DNA of 64,000 bases from an uncultured Candidatus Rokubacteria bacterium (GTDB lineage Bacteria; Methylomirabilota; Methylomirabilia; Rokubacteriales; CSP1-6). The stretch spans positions 288,001-352,000 of the forward strand of contig CAVXJS010000021.1 in the NCBI GenBank assembly GCA_963762145.1, given 5' to 3'. A model generated the notes under the pieces. It did no database searches. It was given only the letters and a program-made list of their open reading frames with translations, and was not told where the DNA came from. Position numbers and translations under genes: made by a program. The stretch's first letter is position 1. Every line of letters begins with the position of its first letter. Shown here piece by piece: positions 50,821 to 64,000 of the stretch.

Positions 50821-51974
50821 CAGCGTCCCCCGCTCCCGCCCGAGTTCCCGGCGGCGGCGCCGGACTCAATCGTCGAGCGGATCAGCGTCCGCAGCAGGAA
50901 GCTCCGCCGCGAGCCCTCCAGGAACTGCACGAGGTTCTCGTACACCGTCGGGTCCTCCAGGAGCGCGCCGACCGTGCCCTCGCCCTGCTTGAGCCGGTCG
51001 GTGACCGCGCGCAGATTGGCCATCGCAGCGCGGAAGTCGGCGGTGGCGTCGCCCAGCGAGCCCAGCGTGCCGTCGGTGCCGCCGTCGCGGGTGAGCTGGC
51101 CCAGCAGGCCCTGGCCCTGGGCCACCCGCTCCGAGACGTCTCGAAAGTTGTGCGCCACGACCCGCAGATCGTCGGCGATCGCCTTGTACTGCGGATCGTG
51201 GAGCAGGGCCGACAGGAGATTGTCGCGCGACTCGAGCTTGTCGGCGGTCCGCGCGATCGTGTCCATCGCGGCGAGCAGCGCGCGAACCGACTTGCCGCTG
51301 TCCGGCGAGAGCAGCACGCCCACCGCGTGGTCGTCCTGCTCGACCCGGGCCAGGAGCGCCTGAGTGCGGGTCAGGATCGCATTCAGCCTGGTCAGGGCCT
51401 GCGGCTCGTCGTAGATCAGCGCGTGGATCAGGCCCTTGCCCGTCTCCACCTCCCGGGCGATGCGATCCACCCGCTCCGCGGTGCCCTTGAGGCTGGAGGC
51501 GAGCTCGCGTACGGTCTGGAGCGTCTCCGCGCCGGCCTTGAACATCTGCTGCATCTCGACCGACTCCTGGGTGGTCAGGACGTCGCCCGGCTTGAGCGCG
51601 GGCGCCGCGGTGGTGCCGATGGTGATCTCCACGATCTTGTCCCCCAGGAGGCCCTGGGTGGAGATCTTGGCTTCCGAGTCGCGGCGCACCCGCTCCGAGA
51701 AGCGCCGCGCGATCGTGAGCGTCACCCGCACCTTGCCGCCCGGCTGCTCGGGCAGCTCGACCGCGGTGACGCGGCCGATCTGGACGCCGGCCAGCCGCAC
51801 GGTCGCGCCCTCGATCAGCCCGCTCACCTCGGTGAACTCGGCGACCAGGTCGTACTTGCGCTCGAAGTAGCGGCCCTGGGCTCCGAGCAGGTAGATGATC
51901 GCGAAGAACACGAGCAGGCCGGACAGGATGAAGGCCCCGATCCGGATCTGCAGGGCGACGCGGCCGTCGGCCAC
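50820..51974 (-). CDS. mlaD: MCE/MlaD family protein with long helical C-terminus
   Basis: N-terminal TM, GLIEGATVRLAGVQIGRV, GLLGDK, repeated GxGxxGxLxxD. Confidence 0.88.
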   Translation of the reverse strand: MADGRVALQIRIGAFILSGLLVFFAIIYLLGAQGRYFERKYDLVAEFTEVSGLIEGATVRLAGVQIGRVTAVELPEQPGGKVRVTLTIARRFSERVRRDSEAKISTQGLLGDKIVEITIGTTAAPALKPGDVLTTQESVEMQQMFKAGAETLQTVRELASSLKGTAERVDRIAREVETGKGLIHALIYDEPQALTRLNAILTRTQALLARVEQDDHAVGVLLSPDSGKSVRALLAAMDTIARTADKLESRDNLLSALLHDPQYKAIADDLRVVAHNFRDVSERVAQGQGLLGQLTRDGGTDGTLGSLGDATADFRAAMANLRAVTDRLKQGEGTVGALLEDPTVYENLVQFLEGSRRSFLLRTLIRSTIESGAAAGNSGGSGGR

Positions 51975-51977
51975 GAC

Positions 51978-52748
51978 TCAGATCTCCCGCAGCTCGCCGG
52001 CCAGGAACCGGCGCACGTCCGGGTTGGCGGAGCGGTGGATCTCGGCGGGCGTGCCCTGGTCGGCGAAGTGGCCCTGCATCAGGATCGCCATCTGGTCGGC
52101 CACCAGCTCGGCGAACTCCACGTCGTGGGTCACCACGATCGCGGTATCGCACACCCCGGTGCGGAGCTGGGCGATGAGCGCGGCCACCAGCTTCGCGTTG
52201 GTGGGATCGAGCCCGGCGGTGGGCTCGTCGAAGAAGACCACCTCCGGCTCCACGATCAGGGCCCGCGCGATGCCCACCCGCTTGCGCATGCCGCCGCTCA
52301 GCTCGGCGGGCAACAGGTCGTCGGTGTCGGGCAGCCCGACCAGGTCGAGGAAGTGGTGCACGCGCTCCGTGATCTCCCCGAGGGACAGGCGGGTGTGCTC
52401 GCGCAGCGGGAAGGCCACGTTCTCGAAGACGGTGAGCGAGTCGAAGAGGGCCGCCCCCTGGAACACGAACCCGCTGCGGCGGCGGAGCGGGAGCATGGCC
52501 TCCTCGCTCATCCGGTCGATGCGGGTGCCGAAGACGCGCACCTCTCCCGAGTCGGGTTGCGCGAGGCCCGAGGCGATGCGCAGGAGCACCGTCTTGCCGC
52601 TGCCACTGCCGCCCATCACCGCGAGGATCGTCCCCTTCGGCAGGGCAAAGCTCACCCCACGCAGGACCTGGTTGTCTCCGAACGACTTCCAGACCTCCCG
52701 GACCTCGACAAGCGGCGGAGCTGGGATGAGCGGCTGGCCGGGTGTCAT
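51978..52748 (-). CDS. mlaF: MlaF/Mkl-type ABC ATPase
   Basis: GGSGSGKT, FQGAALFDSLTVFENVAFPL, LSGGMRKRV, DEPTAGLDP. Confidence 0.9.
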   Translation of the reverse strand: MTPGQPLIPAPPLVEVREVWKSFGDNQVLRGVSFALPKGTILAVMGGSGSGKTVLLRIASGLAQPDSGEVRVFGTRIDRMSEEAMLPLRRRSGFVFQGAALFDSLTVFENVAFPLREHTRLSLGEITERVHHFLDLVGLPDTDDLLPAELSGGMRKRVGIARALIVEPEVVFFDEPTAGLDPTNAKLVAALIAQLRTGVCDTAIVVTHDVEFAELVADQMAILMQGHFADQGTPAEIHRSANPDVRRFLAGELREI

Positions 52749-52752
52749 CGGC

Positions 52753-53532
52753 TCACCAGTACATGAACAGGAAGAGCCGCGTGATGAAGAAGTCCGAGAT
52801 GATCACGCCCATGGCCACCTGCACCACCGTCGCGGTGGTCGAGCGGCCGAGCCCCTCGGTGCCTCCCTCGGTGGCCAGGCCGTTGTAGCAGCCGATCAGG
52901 GTGACGAGCCCGCCGAAGACGAAGCTCTTGCCGAGACCGGTGAGGAAGTCCTTGAGGACGACCCAGTAGGCGATGGTGTTCCAGTAGAGATACGGGTCCA
53001 CGCCGCGGTCGAACACGGCGATCAGCATACCCCCGAGCAGGCCCATTCCGTCCGCGAGGATCGTGACGAGCGGAAAGACCAGGAGGGCGGCCATGAGCCG
53101 GGGGACGATCAGCCGCTTGACGTAGTTCACGCCGAGCGCGCGGAGGGCATCGATCTGCTCGGTGACCTTCATGGAGCCGAGCTCCGCGGTGATGCCCGAG
53201 GCCACCTTGCCGCCCACCAGGATGGCGGTCAGCACGGGTCCCAGCTCGCGCAGGATGGAGAGCGCGACCACCGGGCCCACGTAGTTCTCGGCCCCGAAGC
53301 GGGCCATGTTCACCGCGGTCTGCAGGGCGAGCACCATGCCGGTGAAGAGCGCCGCGGTCAGCGCGACCACGAGCGAGCGCACGCCGATGATGTCGATCTC
53401 GCGGGCGACCAGCCAGAAGTAAGACGGCGGGAGGGTCAGGTTGCGGGCCACGCGCATGCCGAGCAGCGCGAGGCCGCCGTACCACAGGGCGGTCTCGCGT
53501 AGGTGGTAGCGCAGGTCCCGGGTCGCGATCAC
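52753..53532 (-). CDS. mlaE: MlaE/YrbE ABC permease
   Basis: RELGPVLTA, AELGSMKVTEQIDAL, GGTEGLGRSTT; GTG start at 53532. Confidence 0.92.
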   Translation of the reverse strand: MIATRDLRYHLRETALWYGGLALLGMRVARNLTLPPSYFWLVAREIDIIGVRSLVVALTAALFTGMVLALQTAVNMARFGAENYVGPVVALSILRELGPVLTAILVGGKVASGITAELGSMKVTEQIDALRALGVNYVKRLIVPRLMAALLVFPLVTILADGMGLLGGMLIAVFDRGVDPYLYWNTIAYWVVLKDFLTGLGKSFVFGGLVTLIGCYNGLATEGGTEGLGRSTTATVVQVAMGVIISDFFITRLFLFMYW

Positions 53533-54041
53533 CGCCGAGGCTCCAGCGTGAAGCTCTCGACCAGCGCCCGGAACGCGGGCCGCCCGTCGTCGAAGGCCTC
53601 GCTCGGAGCCACGTAGAGGAAGTCGTGGACGCACGGCTCCGCGCGCATCACGAAGGCCTCCACCGTGACCGGCCGCCCTTCCGCCAGGCCGCGGACCACC
53701 GAGTGGGCCGCCTCGCGGCCGTCCACGCGGGCGGTGCCGTTCTCCAGCACGTCGCGCCGGGTGAGCCCGAAGGTCAGATGCCGCGCGAGCACGTCGAGGG
53801 GACGGGTGGACTCGCGTCCGCTGCAGGTCGCGTCCACGACCATGCCGCCCCCTCGCGCCTCCGCGCGCAGGGCGAGGTCGGCCCGCTGGCCGGCCTCCAC
53901 AGCCCAGCCCGCGGACGGCAGCGTTACGCGATACCCCTTGGCCGAGTAGAACATGCCGTTCTCGATCCGCCCCGTCGCGGTCGCGCAGCCCTCGAGCAGG
54001 ACGAGGGCGACCAGGACGCGCGCGATGGCGTGGCCGGTCAC
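53529..54041 (-). CDS. Hypothetical lipoprotein
   Basis: GTG start overlapping the hisIE stop; signal [13 protein letters not shown] lipobox; GTGA coupling to mlaE. Confidence 0.7.
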   Translation of the reverse strand: MTGHAIARVLVALVLLEGCATATGRIENGMFYSAKGYRVTLPSAGWAVEAGQRADLALRAEARGGGMVVDATCSGRESTRPLDVLARHLTFGLTRRDVLENGTARVDGREAAHSVVRGLAEGRPVTVEAFVMRAEPCVHDFLYVAPSEAFDDGRPAFRALVESFTLEPRR

Positions 54042-54687
54042 GTGTCCTTCTTGTCCGGCTGGTGTCGGCGCGCGAGCTCCTGGAAGACGCGGCGGAGCGG
54101 AATGCCGCGGGCGGTCAGCAGGACCATGGTGTGGAACCAGAGATCCGCGACCTCGGAGACCACGCGCTCGTCCCCTTCGCCGCCCAGGGCCGCGGTCATC
54201 ACCTCGGCGGCCTCCTCGCCGATCTTCCGGCAGATCTGGGGCTGCCCCTTCTCGAACAGGGTCGCCACGTAGGAGCCGGGGGCCGGCGCCACCTTCCGCG
54301 ACTCGAGCACCCGCTCGAGGACCTCCAGCATCGCGGGGCCTGCCGCGCCGGCCGCGGGCGCGGCCACCCCGCCGTCGAGACGGGTGAAGAAGCAGCTCCG
54401 CGCTCCGGTGTGGCACGCCACGCCGTCCTGGTGCACCTGGACCAGCAGCGTGTCCCGGTCGCAATCAGCAAAGAGGCCGTCCACGTGCTGGGTGTGACCC
54501 GACGTCTCGCCCTTGCGCCAGAGCGCGTTGCGGGAGCGCGACCAGAAATGGGTGAGGCCCGTGCGCCGCGTCTCCTCGAGCGACGCGGGGCTCATCCACG
54601 CGACCATGAGGAGCTGGCCGGTCTCGGTATCCTGGACCACCGCCGGGATCAGCCCCTGTGCGTCCCACCTGAGATCGTCCGTCGGGC

Positions 54688-54691
<4 letters not shown>
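54038..54691 (-). CDS. hisIE: Bifunctional phosphoribosyl-AMP cyclohydrolase / phosphoribosyl-ATP pyrophosphatase
   Basis: [40 protein letters not shown]. Confidence 0.95.
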
Positions 54692-55497
<806 letters not shown>

Positions 55498-55503
55498 GGC
55501 CGT

Positions 55504-56223
55504 CTACCGCACCGCGGCCAGCGCGGCGCCCAGGTCCACCGCGCCGCTGTAGAGGGCGCGCCCCACGATGACGCCGGCCAGCTCCGGGACCGTCGCGAGC
55601 TGCCGGATGTCGTCGAGCGAGCCGACCCCCCCGGAGGCGAAGACATCGATGCCCGCCGCCTTGGCCACCGCCTCGGTGCTCCAGAGGTTGGGGCCGGTCT
55701 GGGTGCCATCGCGCGCGATGTCGGTATAGATGATGCCGGACGCTCCTGCCGCCGCCGCGTCGCGCGCCAGGGCGATGGCGTCGAGATCCAGCACGCGCGT
55801 CCAGCCGTCCACCGCGACGCGTCCGTCGGAGGCGTCGATGCCGACGATCACCTGCTCGCCGAAGCGCTCGCACACCTCGCCCAGGAACGCGGGGTCGAGC
55901 GCGGCGCGCGTGCCCACGATGGCCCAGCGCGCGCCCGCCTCCAGCACCGCCTCCACGTGGGCGATCTCGCGCAGGCCGCCGCCCACCTGCACCGGGATGC
56001 GCACCGCCGCGATCATGGCGCGCACGAGCTCGGTCTGGGCCGGGCGGCCCGCGAAGGCCCCGTCCAGATCCACCACGTGCAGCCGCCGCGCGCGCGCGTC
56101 CTGCCAGCGGCGGGCCGTCGCCACCGGATCGTCGGAGAAGACGGTCTCGGCGTCGGCCCGGCCCTGGAGCAGGCGCACGCATCGGCCCGCCTTCAGATCC
56201 ACCGCCGGCACGATCTCGAACAT
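55504..56223 (-). CDS. hisA: ProFAR isomerase
   Basis: PAVDLKAGRCVRL, LHVVDLDGA, QVGGGLR, YTDIARDG. Confidence 0.96.
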   Translation of the reverse strand: MFEIVPAVDLKAGRCVRLLQGRADAETVFSDDPVATARRWQDARARRLHVVDLDGAFAGRPAQTELVRAMIAAVRIPVQVGGGLREIAHVEAVLEAGARWAIVGTRAALDPAFLGEVCERFGEQVIVGIDASDGRVAVDGWTRVLDLDAIALARDAAAAGASGIIYTDIARDGTQTGPNLWSTEAVAKAAGIDVFASGGVGSLDDIRQLATVPELAGVIVGRALYSGAVDLGAALAAVR

Positions 56224-56268
56224 GGGATTGTTAACTACCTACCATTCCGCGCTCGGTTTCATGATCTC

Positions 56269-56294
56269 CTCGGCTCGCCTTCGGCTGCACCTCG
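56269..56294 (-). repeat. Dispersed repeat family 1, intergenic copy (hisH-hisA)
   Basis: Plus strand CTCGGCTCGCCTTCGGCTGCACCTCG, identical over 26 nt to the hisF copy. Confidence 0.88.
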
Positions 56295-56316
56295 GCAAAC
56301 TCGATCACGCTCATGT

Positions 56317-56931
56317 CTATCTTGCATCGCGGACGATGGCCGCGAAGTTCTCCAGCATGCGGATGCCCCAGCGCTGGCTCTTCTCGGGGTGGAACTGCGT
56401 CGCGTACAGGGTCCCGCGCGCGACGGCGGCCGGGAACGTGAGCCCGTAGGTGCAGGTCGCCACCCGGAGGGTCGTGTCGGCGGTCTCCGGGTAATAGGAG
56501 TGAACGAAGTAGAAGTGCGCCCCGCTCGGAATCCCGTCGAAGAGCGCGAGGTCGCCCTGGTGCGCGACCTGGTTCCAGCCCATGTGCGGCACCTTGAGGC
56601 CGCCCGGGAAGCGGCGCACCGCCCCCGGGATGACGTCGAGGCCCTTGCCCTGGCCGAACTCCTCGCTCTCCGAGAACAGGAGCTGGTAGCCCAGGCAGAT
56701 CCCGAAGAAGGGCCGCTCGCTCTCGAAGCAGGCGCGGAGCGGGGCGATCAGCCCCAGGGCCTGAAGGCTGCCCATCGCGTCGTGAAAGGCCCCGTCGCCG
56801 GGCAGGACCACCGCCTCCGCGTCGTCCACCACCTTCGGGTCCTGGGTGACGACCGCGGGCATGCCGATCCGCGCGAAGGCTTTCTCCACGCTGCCGAGAT
56901 TGCCCCGCCCGTAGTCGACGATGGCGATCAC
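56317..56931 (-). CDS. hisH: Imidazole glycerol phosphate synthase amidotransferase
   Basis: IVDYGRGNL, GICLG, VPHMGWN, YFVHSY, QFHPEKS; GTG start at 56931. Confidence 0.96.
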   Translation of the reverse strand: MIAIVDYGRGNLGSVEKAFARIGMPAVVTQDPKVVDDAEAVVLPGDGAFHDAMGSLQALGLIAPLRACFESERPFFGICLGYQLLFSESEEFGQGKGLDVIPGAVRRFPGGLKVPHMGWNQVAHQGDLALFDGIPSGAHFYFVHSYYPETADTTLRVATCTYGLTFPAAVARGTLYATQFHPEKSQRWGIRMLENFAAIVRDAR

Positions 56932-57535
56932 AAGGTGCCTTTGGTCGAGAGGATGCCGGTGATCCGCGGATTGAGGCGGGTGGCCTCGGCGAGCGCGCGG
57001 CCGGCTGCCTTGAAGGTGGCCTCCGCGATGTGGTGGAGGTTCTCGCCGTAGTGCATGTTGAGGTGCAGGGTGATCTCCGCGTTCACCGCCACCGCGCGGA
57101 AGAAGTCCTTGAGCAGGTCGAGATCGAAGTTGGCGATCCGCGTGCGCTGGAGCGGCACGTTGAAGACGAGATAGGGCCGCCCCGAGATGTCCACCGCGGC
57201 GTGCAGCAGCGCCTCGTCCATGGGCAGGAACGAGGCCCCGTAGCGGACGATGCCCTTCTTGTCGCCGACCGCCTCGCGGAGCGCCTTGCCCAGGCAGATC
57301 CCCACGTCCTCCACGGTGTGGTGGAGATCCACGTCGAGATCGCCCTTGGCGTCCACCGCGAGATCCATCAGCGCGTGCTTCGACCACGCCTCGAGCATGT
57401 GGTTGAAGAAGGGAATGCCGGTGTCGACCTTGGCGGCGCCGGTGCCGTCCAGGTTGAGCGTGAGGACGATCTGCGTCTCCTTCGTGTTGCGCTCGATCCG
57501 GCTCTGCCGCGGCACCGCCGGCTCCGTCTTCCCCG

Positions 57536-57539
<4 letters not shown>
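56928..57539 (-). CDS. hisB: Imidazoleglycerol-phosphate dehydratase (monofunctional)
   Basis: RNTKET, HHTVED, PMDEAL, HHIAEA, STKG. Confidence 0.96.
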
Positions 57540-58842
<1,303 letters not shown>

Positions 58843-58846
<4 letters not shown>

Positions 58847-59558
58847 TTCTTGTATTCGCTCGGCTCGATCTTCGAGACCGGCGGCTCGCCTGCGGCTGCG
58901 CCGCCTACACCCACGGCTGCGCCTCGCCCGGCAACTGCCTCCCGCATCGCGCCGACGAGCTGGTTCACCCGTGCGTGCTGGGTCTTGAGCGACGCCCGGT
59001 TGACGATGAGGCGCGCGGTGGAGGTCAGGATCTCGGCCACCTCCACGAGGCCGTTCGCCCGCAGCGTCTCGCCGGACTGCACGAGGTCCACGATGCGCTC
59101 GGCCAGGCCGACCAGCGGCGCCAGCTCGATGGAGCCGTCGAGCTTCACCATCTCGACCTGGATGCCGCGCTCCGAGAAGTACTCCTCGGTCAGGCGCGGA
59201 TACTTGGTCGCCACCCGCACCCAGGACCACTTGGCCGGGTCGTCGCGCTCCCACAGCTCGCGGGGCTCGGCGACGACCAGGCGGCAGAAGCCGAAGCCCA
59301 GGTCCACCGGCTCGTACACGTCCGGCTGCTGCTCGAGCAGGATGTCCTTGCCCACGATGCCGAGATCGGCGGCGCCGTACTCCACGTAGGTCGGGATGTC
59401 GGCCGGCTTGAGCAGGATGAAGCGCAGCCCGGCCGCCTCGTCGGTCAGCAGGAGCCGGCGCGAGTCGGGCTCGAAGCCCCGGATGCCCATGCCCGCGAGC
59501 AGGGCCAGCGCGGGGTCCAGCAGGCGACCCTTGGGCAGCGCGAGCGTCAGCGGCGTCG

Positions 59559-59562
<4 letters not shown>
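58843..59562 (-). CDS. hisG: ATP phosphoribosyltransferase, short form, with repeat-derived C-terminal tail
   Basis: [35 protein letters not shown]; no C-terminal regulatory domain. Confidence 0.95.
58848..58929 (-). repeat. Dispersed repeat family 1, composite copy in the hisG 3' end
   Basis: Plus strand TCTTGTATTCGCTCGGCTCGATC..CGGCTCGCCTGCGGCTGCGCC..CGGCTGCGCCTCGCCC. Confidence 0.88.
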
Positions 59563-60814
<1,252 letters not shown>

Positions 60815-60815
<1 letters not shown>

Positions 60816-61744
60816 CAGCAGCCCTCCCGGCGCGCGGCACCGGAGGCGCAGATCCTGAGCGAGGTCCGCGTGTCCTCCCAGCGCCCGCCGATGTACCGCT
60901 CCACGCCGTTCAGGTCCCGCCGGGCCCGGATGCCGGAGAACCCCTCGGCGGCCATGAGCGAGGCGAGCGGGCCCGCCTGGTCCTCGCCGATCTCCATCAG
61001 CAGCCACCCGCCCGGCTTCAGCACCGGGGGCGCGCCCACCACGATGCGGCGGAGCACGCCGAGGCCGTCCGGGCCGCCGTCCAGCGCCGCGCGCGGCTCG
61101 TGACGCGAGACCTCCGGCGGCAGCGACGAGATCTGCGCGCTCGGCAGATACGGCGGGTTCGCCACCACCAGGTCGAGGCTCGCGGAGAGCGAGCCGAGCG
61201 GCGCGAAGAGGTCCCCTGCGAGGAGCCGGACGCGCTCGTAGAGCCCGAGCGCGCGCACGTTGCGAGACGCGACGGCGAGCGCGCCCCCGGCCAGCTCGAC
61301 GGCCAGCACCTCGGCGCGGGGCAGCGCGGCCGCGAGCGCGCAGGCGATGGCGCCGCTGCCGGTTCCCAGGTCGGCGATCACCGGATCCGGGCAGCCCGCG
61401 AGCGCTTCGAGCGCCCATTCCACGAGGCCCTCGGTCTCCGGCCGTGGCACCAGCACGTCGGGGGTGACGGCCAGGCGCAGGCCGTGGAAATCCTCCCAGC
61501 CGAGCAGGTACTGGAGCGGCTCGCGGCGCTCGCGGCGCTCGATCAGCTGCCGGTAGCGGACCGCTTCCGCCTCGGTCAGCCGGCGCGCCGGCTCGAGATA
61601 GAGGGCGAAGCGCTCGATGCCCAGGAGCCCGGCCAGCAGCCACTCGGCCTCGGGGCGCGCGGGCCCGACCCCGGCCTCCTCGAGCGCGGCGGCCGCGCGC
61701 CCCAGCAGCCCGGGGACGGTCGAATCGGCGGCGACCTCGATCAC
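60815..61744 (-). CDS. prmC: Release factor glutamine methyltransferase
   Basis: EPLQYL, PRPETE, DLGTGSG, NPPY; GTG start at 61744. Confidence 0.95.
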
Positions 61745-62811
61745 GGCACGGTCTCCGCGAGCTTCTGGCTCTGCTCGCGGTCGCGCAGGCCGTCGATCAG
61801 CTCGTCGAGATCGCCCTCGAGCACCGCGGGCAGCCGGTGCAGCGTGACGTTGATGCGGTGATCGCTGACGCGTCCCTGGGGGAAGTTGTAGGTGCGGATG
61901 CGCTCGCTGCGCTCCCCGGTACCGACCTGGCTGCGCCGGTCGGCCGCGATGGCGGCGGCCTGCTCCTCCTGTGCCCGCTCCAGCAGGCGGGCCTTGAGCA
62001 CCCGCAGCGCCTTCGCGCGGTTCTTGATCTGCGAGCGCTCGTCCTGGCAGGTGACGACCAGCCCGGTCGGGAGGTGGGTGAGCCGCACCGCGGAGTCGGT
62101 GGTGTTGACGCCCTGCCCGCCGGGGCCCGAGGAGCGATAGACGTCCACCTGGATGTCCTTCTCGTCCACCTTCACGTCCACGTCCTCCGCCTCCGGCAGC
62201 ACCGCCACCGTGACGGTCGAGGTGTGGATGCGCCCGCTCGACTCGGTCGCGGGCACGCGCTGCACGCGGTGCACTCCCCGCTCGTACTTGAGCCGGCTCC
62301 ACGCCCCGCGACCCTGCACCAGCGCGACGACTTCCTTGAGGCCGCCCACCCCGGTGGGGTGGCTGTCGATGACCTCCCACTTCCAGCGCTGCCGCTCCGC
62401 GTACTTGGTGTACATGCGAAACAGATCGGCCGCGAAGAGGCCGGCCTCGTCACCGCCCGCGCCGGCCCGGATCTCCAGGAAGACGTTCTTGTCGTCGTTG
62501 GGATCGCGCGGGATGAGAAGGCCCCGCAGCTCCTCCTCGAGCTTCGCCTGCCGCGCGGTCAGCTCGTCGATCTCGGCCTGGGCCAGCTCGCGCATCTCGC
62601 GGTCGGCGTCCTCGGCCAGGATGTGACGGGCTTCCGACACGCGGGCGAGCACGTTCTTGTAGTCGTCGAACTTGTGCACCGTATCCGCGAGGTCGGCCGC
62701 GGCCTTGGCGGTCTTGGCGTAGACCGCGGGCTGCCCGATCACCTGGGGATCGGACAGCGAGCGGTTCAGCTCGCCGTAGCGCTCTTCGATCTGCCGGAGC
62801 TTGTCGAACAT
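61741..62811 (-). CDS. prfA: Peptide chain release factor 1
   Basis: VPATE (PxT motif), [16 protein letters not shown]. Confidence 0.97.
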   Translation of the reverse strand: MFDKLRQIEERYGELNRSLSDPQVIGQPAVYAKTAKAAADLADTVHKFDDYKNVLARVSEARHILAEDADREMRELAQAEIDELTARQAKLEEELRGLLIPRDPNDDKNVFLEIRAGAGGDEAGLFAADLFRMYTKYAERQRWKWEVIDSHPTGVGGLKEVVALVQGRGAWSRLKYERGVHRVQRVPATESSGRIHTSTVTVAVLPEAEDVDVKVDEKDIQVDVYRSSGPGGQGVNTTDSAVRLTHLPTGLVVTCQDERSQIKNRAKALRVLKARLLERAQEEQAAAIAADRRSQVGTGERSERIRTYNFPQGRVSDHRINVTLHRLPAVLEGDLDELIDGLRDREQSQKLAETVP

Positions 62812-62917
62812 GGGGGCGCCTCAGGAAGTACCCGGAAGAGGGCGCCGCCGCGGCTGGAGACGATGGAGTTGTGGATGGATCTGCGGCTCGGAGCGCGGCG
62901 CGGCGCCGAGCCGGGCG

Positions 62918-63133
62918 CTACCCTTCGGCGATCTTCTTCCTCTTGTACTTCTGCTGGAAGCGCTCGACCCGCCCGGCGGTGTCCAGGAACCGCTGCTTCC
63001 CCGTGAAGAAGGGATGGCACTTGGAGCAGACCTCGACCTTGATGGTCGGGACGGTGGAGCGGGTGTGGATGACTTCCCCGCAGTTGCAGGTGATCGTCGT
63101 ATCAACGTAATCCGGGTGAATGCCAGCCTTCAC
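62918..63133 (-). CDS. rpmE: 50S ribosomal protein L31 (zinc type)
   Basis: [29 protein letters not shown]. Confidence 0.97.
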   Translation of the reverse strand: MKAGIHPDYVDTTITCNCGEVIHTRSTVPTIKVEVCSKCHPFFTGKQRFLDTAGRVERFQQKYKRKKIAEG

Positions 63134-63158
63134 GGCGCACCTCCTAGATGGATCTCAG

Positions 63159-63187
63159 AGGATAGCAGGGAGCACGTCAAAAGGCAA
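63159..63187 (-). promoter_or_regulatory. Candidate sigma70 promoter for rpmE-prfA
   Basis: TTGCCT-17 nt-TATCCT with TG extension, shortly upstream of the AGGAGG SD. Confidence 0.45.
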
Positions 63188-63201
63188 AAATGGGCGGCTT
63201 T

Positions 63202-63228
63202 GCGAGCCGCAGCCGAAGGCGAGGCGAA
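63202..63228 (+). repeat. Dispersed repeat family 1, inverted copy downstream of rho, overlapping a short hairpin
   Basis: Plus strand GCGAGCCGCAGCCGAAGGCGAGGCGAA, the reverse orientation of the other copies; sense-strand hairpin GCGGCT-CGCAA-AGCCGC followed by CCATTTTT. Confidence 0.7.
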
Positions 63229-63241
63229 CGGATCCGGGAAT

Positions 63242-64000
63242 CTAGCCCAGCTGGTTCATCTGGTTCAGGAAGTCCTTGTTACTCTTGACCATTTTCAGCT
63301 TGTCGAGCAGCAGCTCCATGGCCTCGACCGGGTTGAGCTGGGACAGGGCCTTGCGGAGCAGCCAGACCTTCTGCAGCTCGTCCTTCTCGAGCAGGAGCTC
63401 TTCCTTCCGGGTGCCGGTCTGCTCGATGTTGATCGTCGGGAAGATGCGCTTGTCCATCAGGCGCCGGTCCAGGTGCACCTCCATGTTTCCGGTGCCCTTG
63501 AACTCCTCGAAGATCACGTCGTCCATCCGGGAGCCGGTGTCGATCAGGGCGGTGGCCATGATGGTGAGCGAGCCTCCCTCCTCCACGTTCCGGGCCGCCG
63601 CGAAGAACCGCCGGGGCCGCTGCAACGCGTTGGCGTCGAGACCGCCGGAGAGCACCTTGCCGGAGGACGGGATCACCGCGTTGTGGGCGCGCGCGAAGCG
63701 GGTGATCGAGTCGAGCAGGATCACGACGTCGCGCTTGTGCTCCACCAGCCGCTTGGCCTTCTCGATCACCATGTCCGCGACCTGCACGTGCCGCTGCGGC
63801 GGCTCGTCGAAGGTCGAGGAGATGACCTCGCCCTTCACGGAGCGCTGCATGTCGGTGACCTCTTCCGGCCGCTCGTCGATGAGCAGCACGATCAGGTACA
63901 CCTCGGGGTGGTTCTTGGCGATCGCGTTGGCGAGGTTCTGGAGGAGCACCGTCTTGCCGGTGCGGGGCGCGGCCACGATCAGGCCGCGCTGGCCCTTGCC
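63242..64000 (-). CDS. rho: Transcription termination factor Rho (5' part outside the window)
   Basis: [40 protein letters not shown]. Confidence 0.97.
   Translation of the reverse strand, partial: GKGQRGLIVAAPRTGKTVLLQNLANAIAKNHPEVYLIVLLIDERPEEVTDMQRSVKGEVISSTFDEPPQRHVQVADMVIEKAKRLVEHKRDVVILLDSITRFARAHNAVIPSSGKVLSGGLDANALQRPRRFFAAARNVEEGGSLTIMATALIDTGSRMDDVIFEEFKGTGNMEVHLDRRLMDKRIFPTINIEQTGTRKEELLLEKDELQKVWLLRKALSQLNPVEAMELLLDKLKMVKSNKDFLNQMNQLG

Overview
High-GC bacterial core-genome window with no phage, transposase or CRISPR array. The gene content (MCE/Mla genes, a PilJ-like chemoreceptor, rho-rpmE-prfA-prmC-murA-his order) suggests a diderm, possibly Rokubacteria/Methylomirabilota-like; that taxonomy is only an inference. 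From left to right: a Pil-Chp-like chemosensory operon on the minus strand (partial cheA, MCP, Tat-exported binding protein, cheW, PilH-like regulator); a plus-strand block (trxA, trpE, trpG, thiL, two CNNM/CorB paralogs, dienelactone hydrolase); then about 52 kb all on the minus strand containing rho-rpmE-prfA-prmC-murA-hisGDBHAF-IE, a lipoprotein with mlaEFD, radA-PIN/TRAM-ispDF-cysS-rlmB, 4 tRNAs, tuf-rpmG-tRNA-Trp-secE-nusG-rplKAJL-rpoBC and the fused str-S10-spc-alpha operons. Most notable observations: (1) a ~35-nt dispersed repeat with six copies, three of them translated in frame inside HisF, HisG and ribosomal protein L30 (RGAA..GEPSEY-type peptide), reminiscent of Rickettsia palindromic elements; (2) an unusually divergent rpoA, possibly one half of a two-paralog alpha heterodimer; (3) a binding-protein gene translationally coupled inside the chemosensory operon; (4) two further intergenic repeat families. 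Frameshifts in the MCP, cysS and rlmB are most likely sequencing errors.
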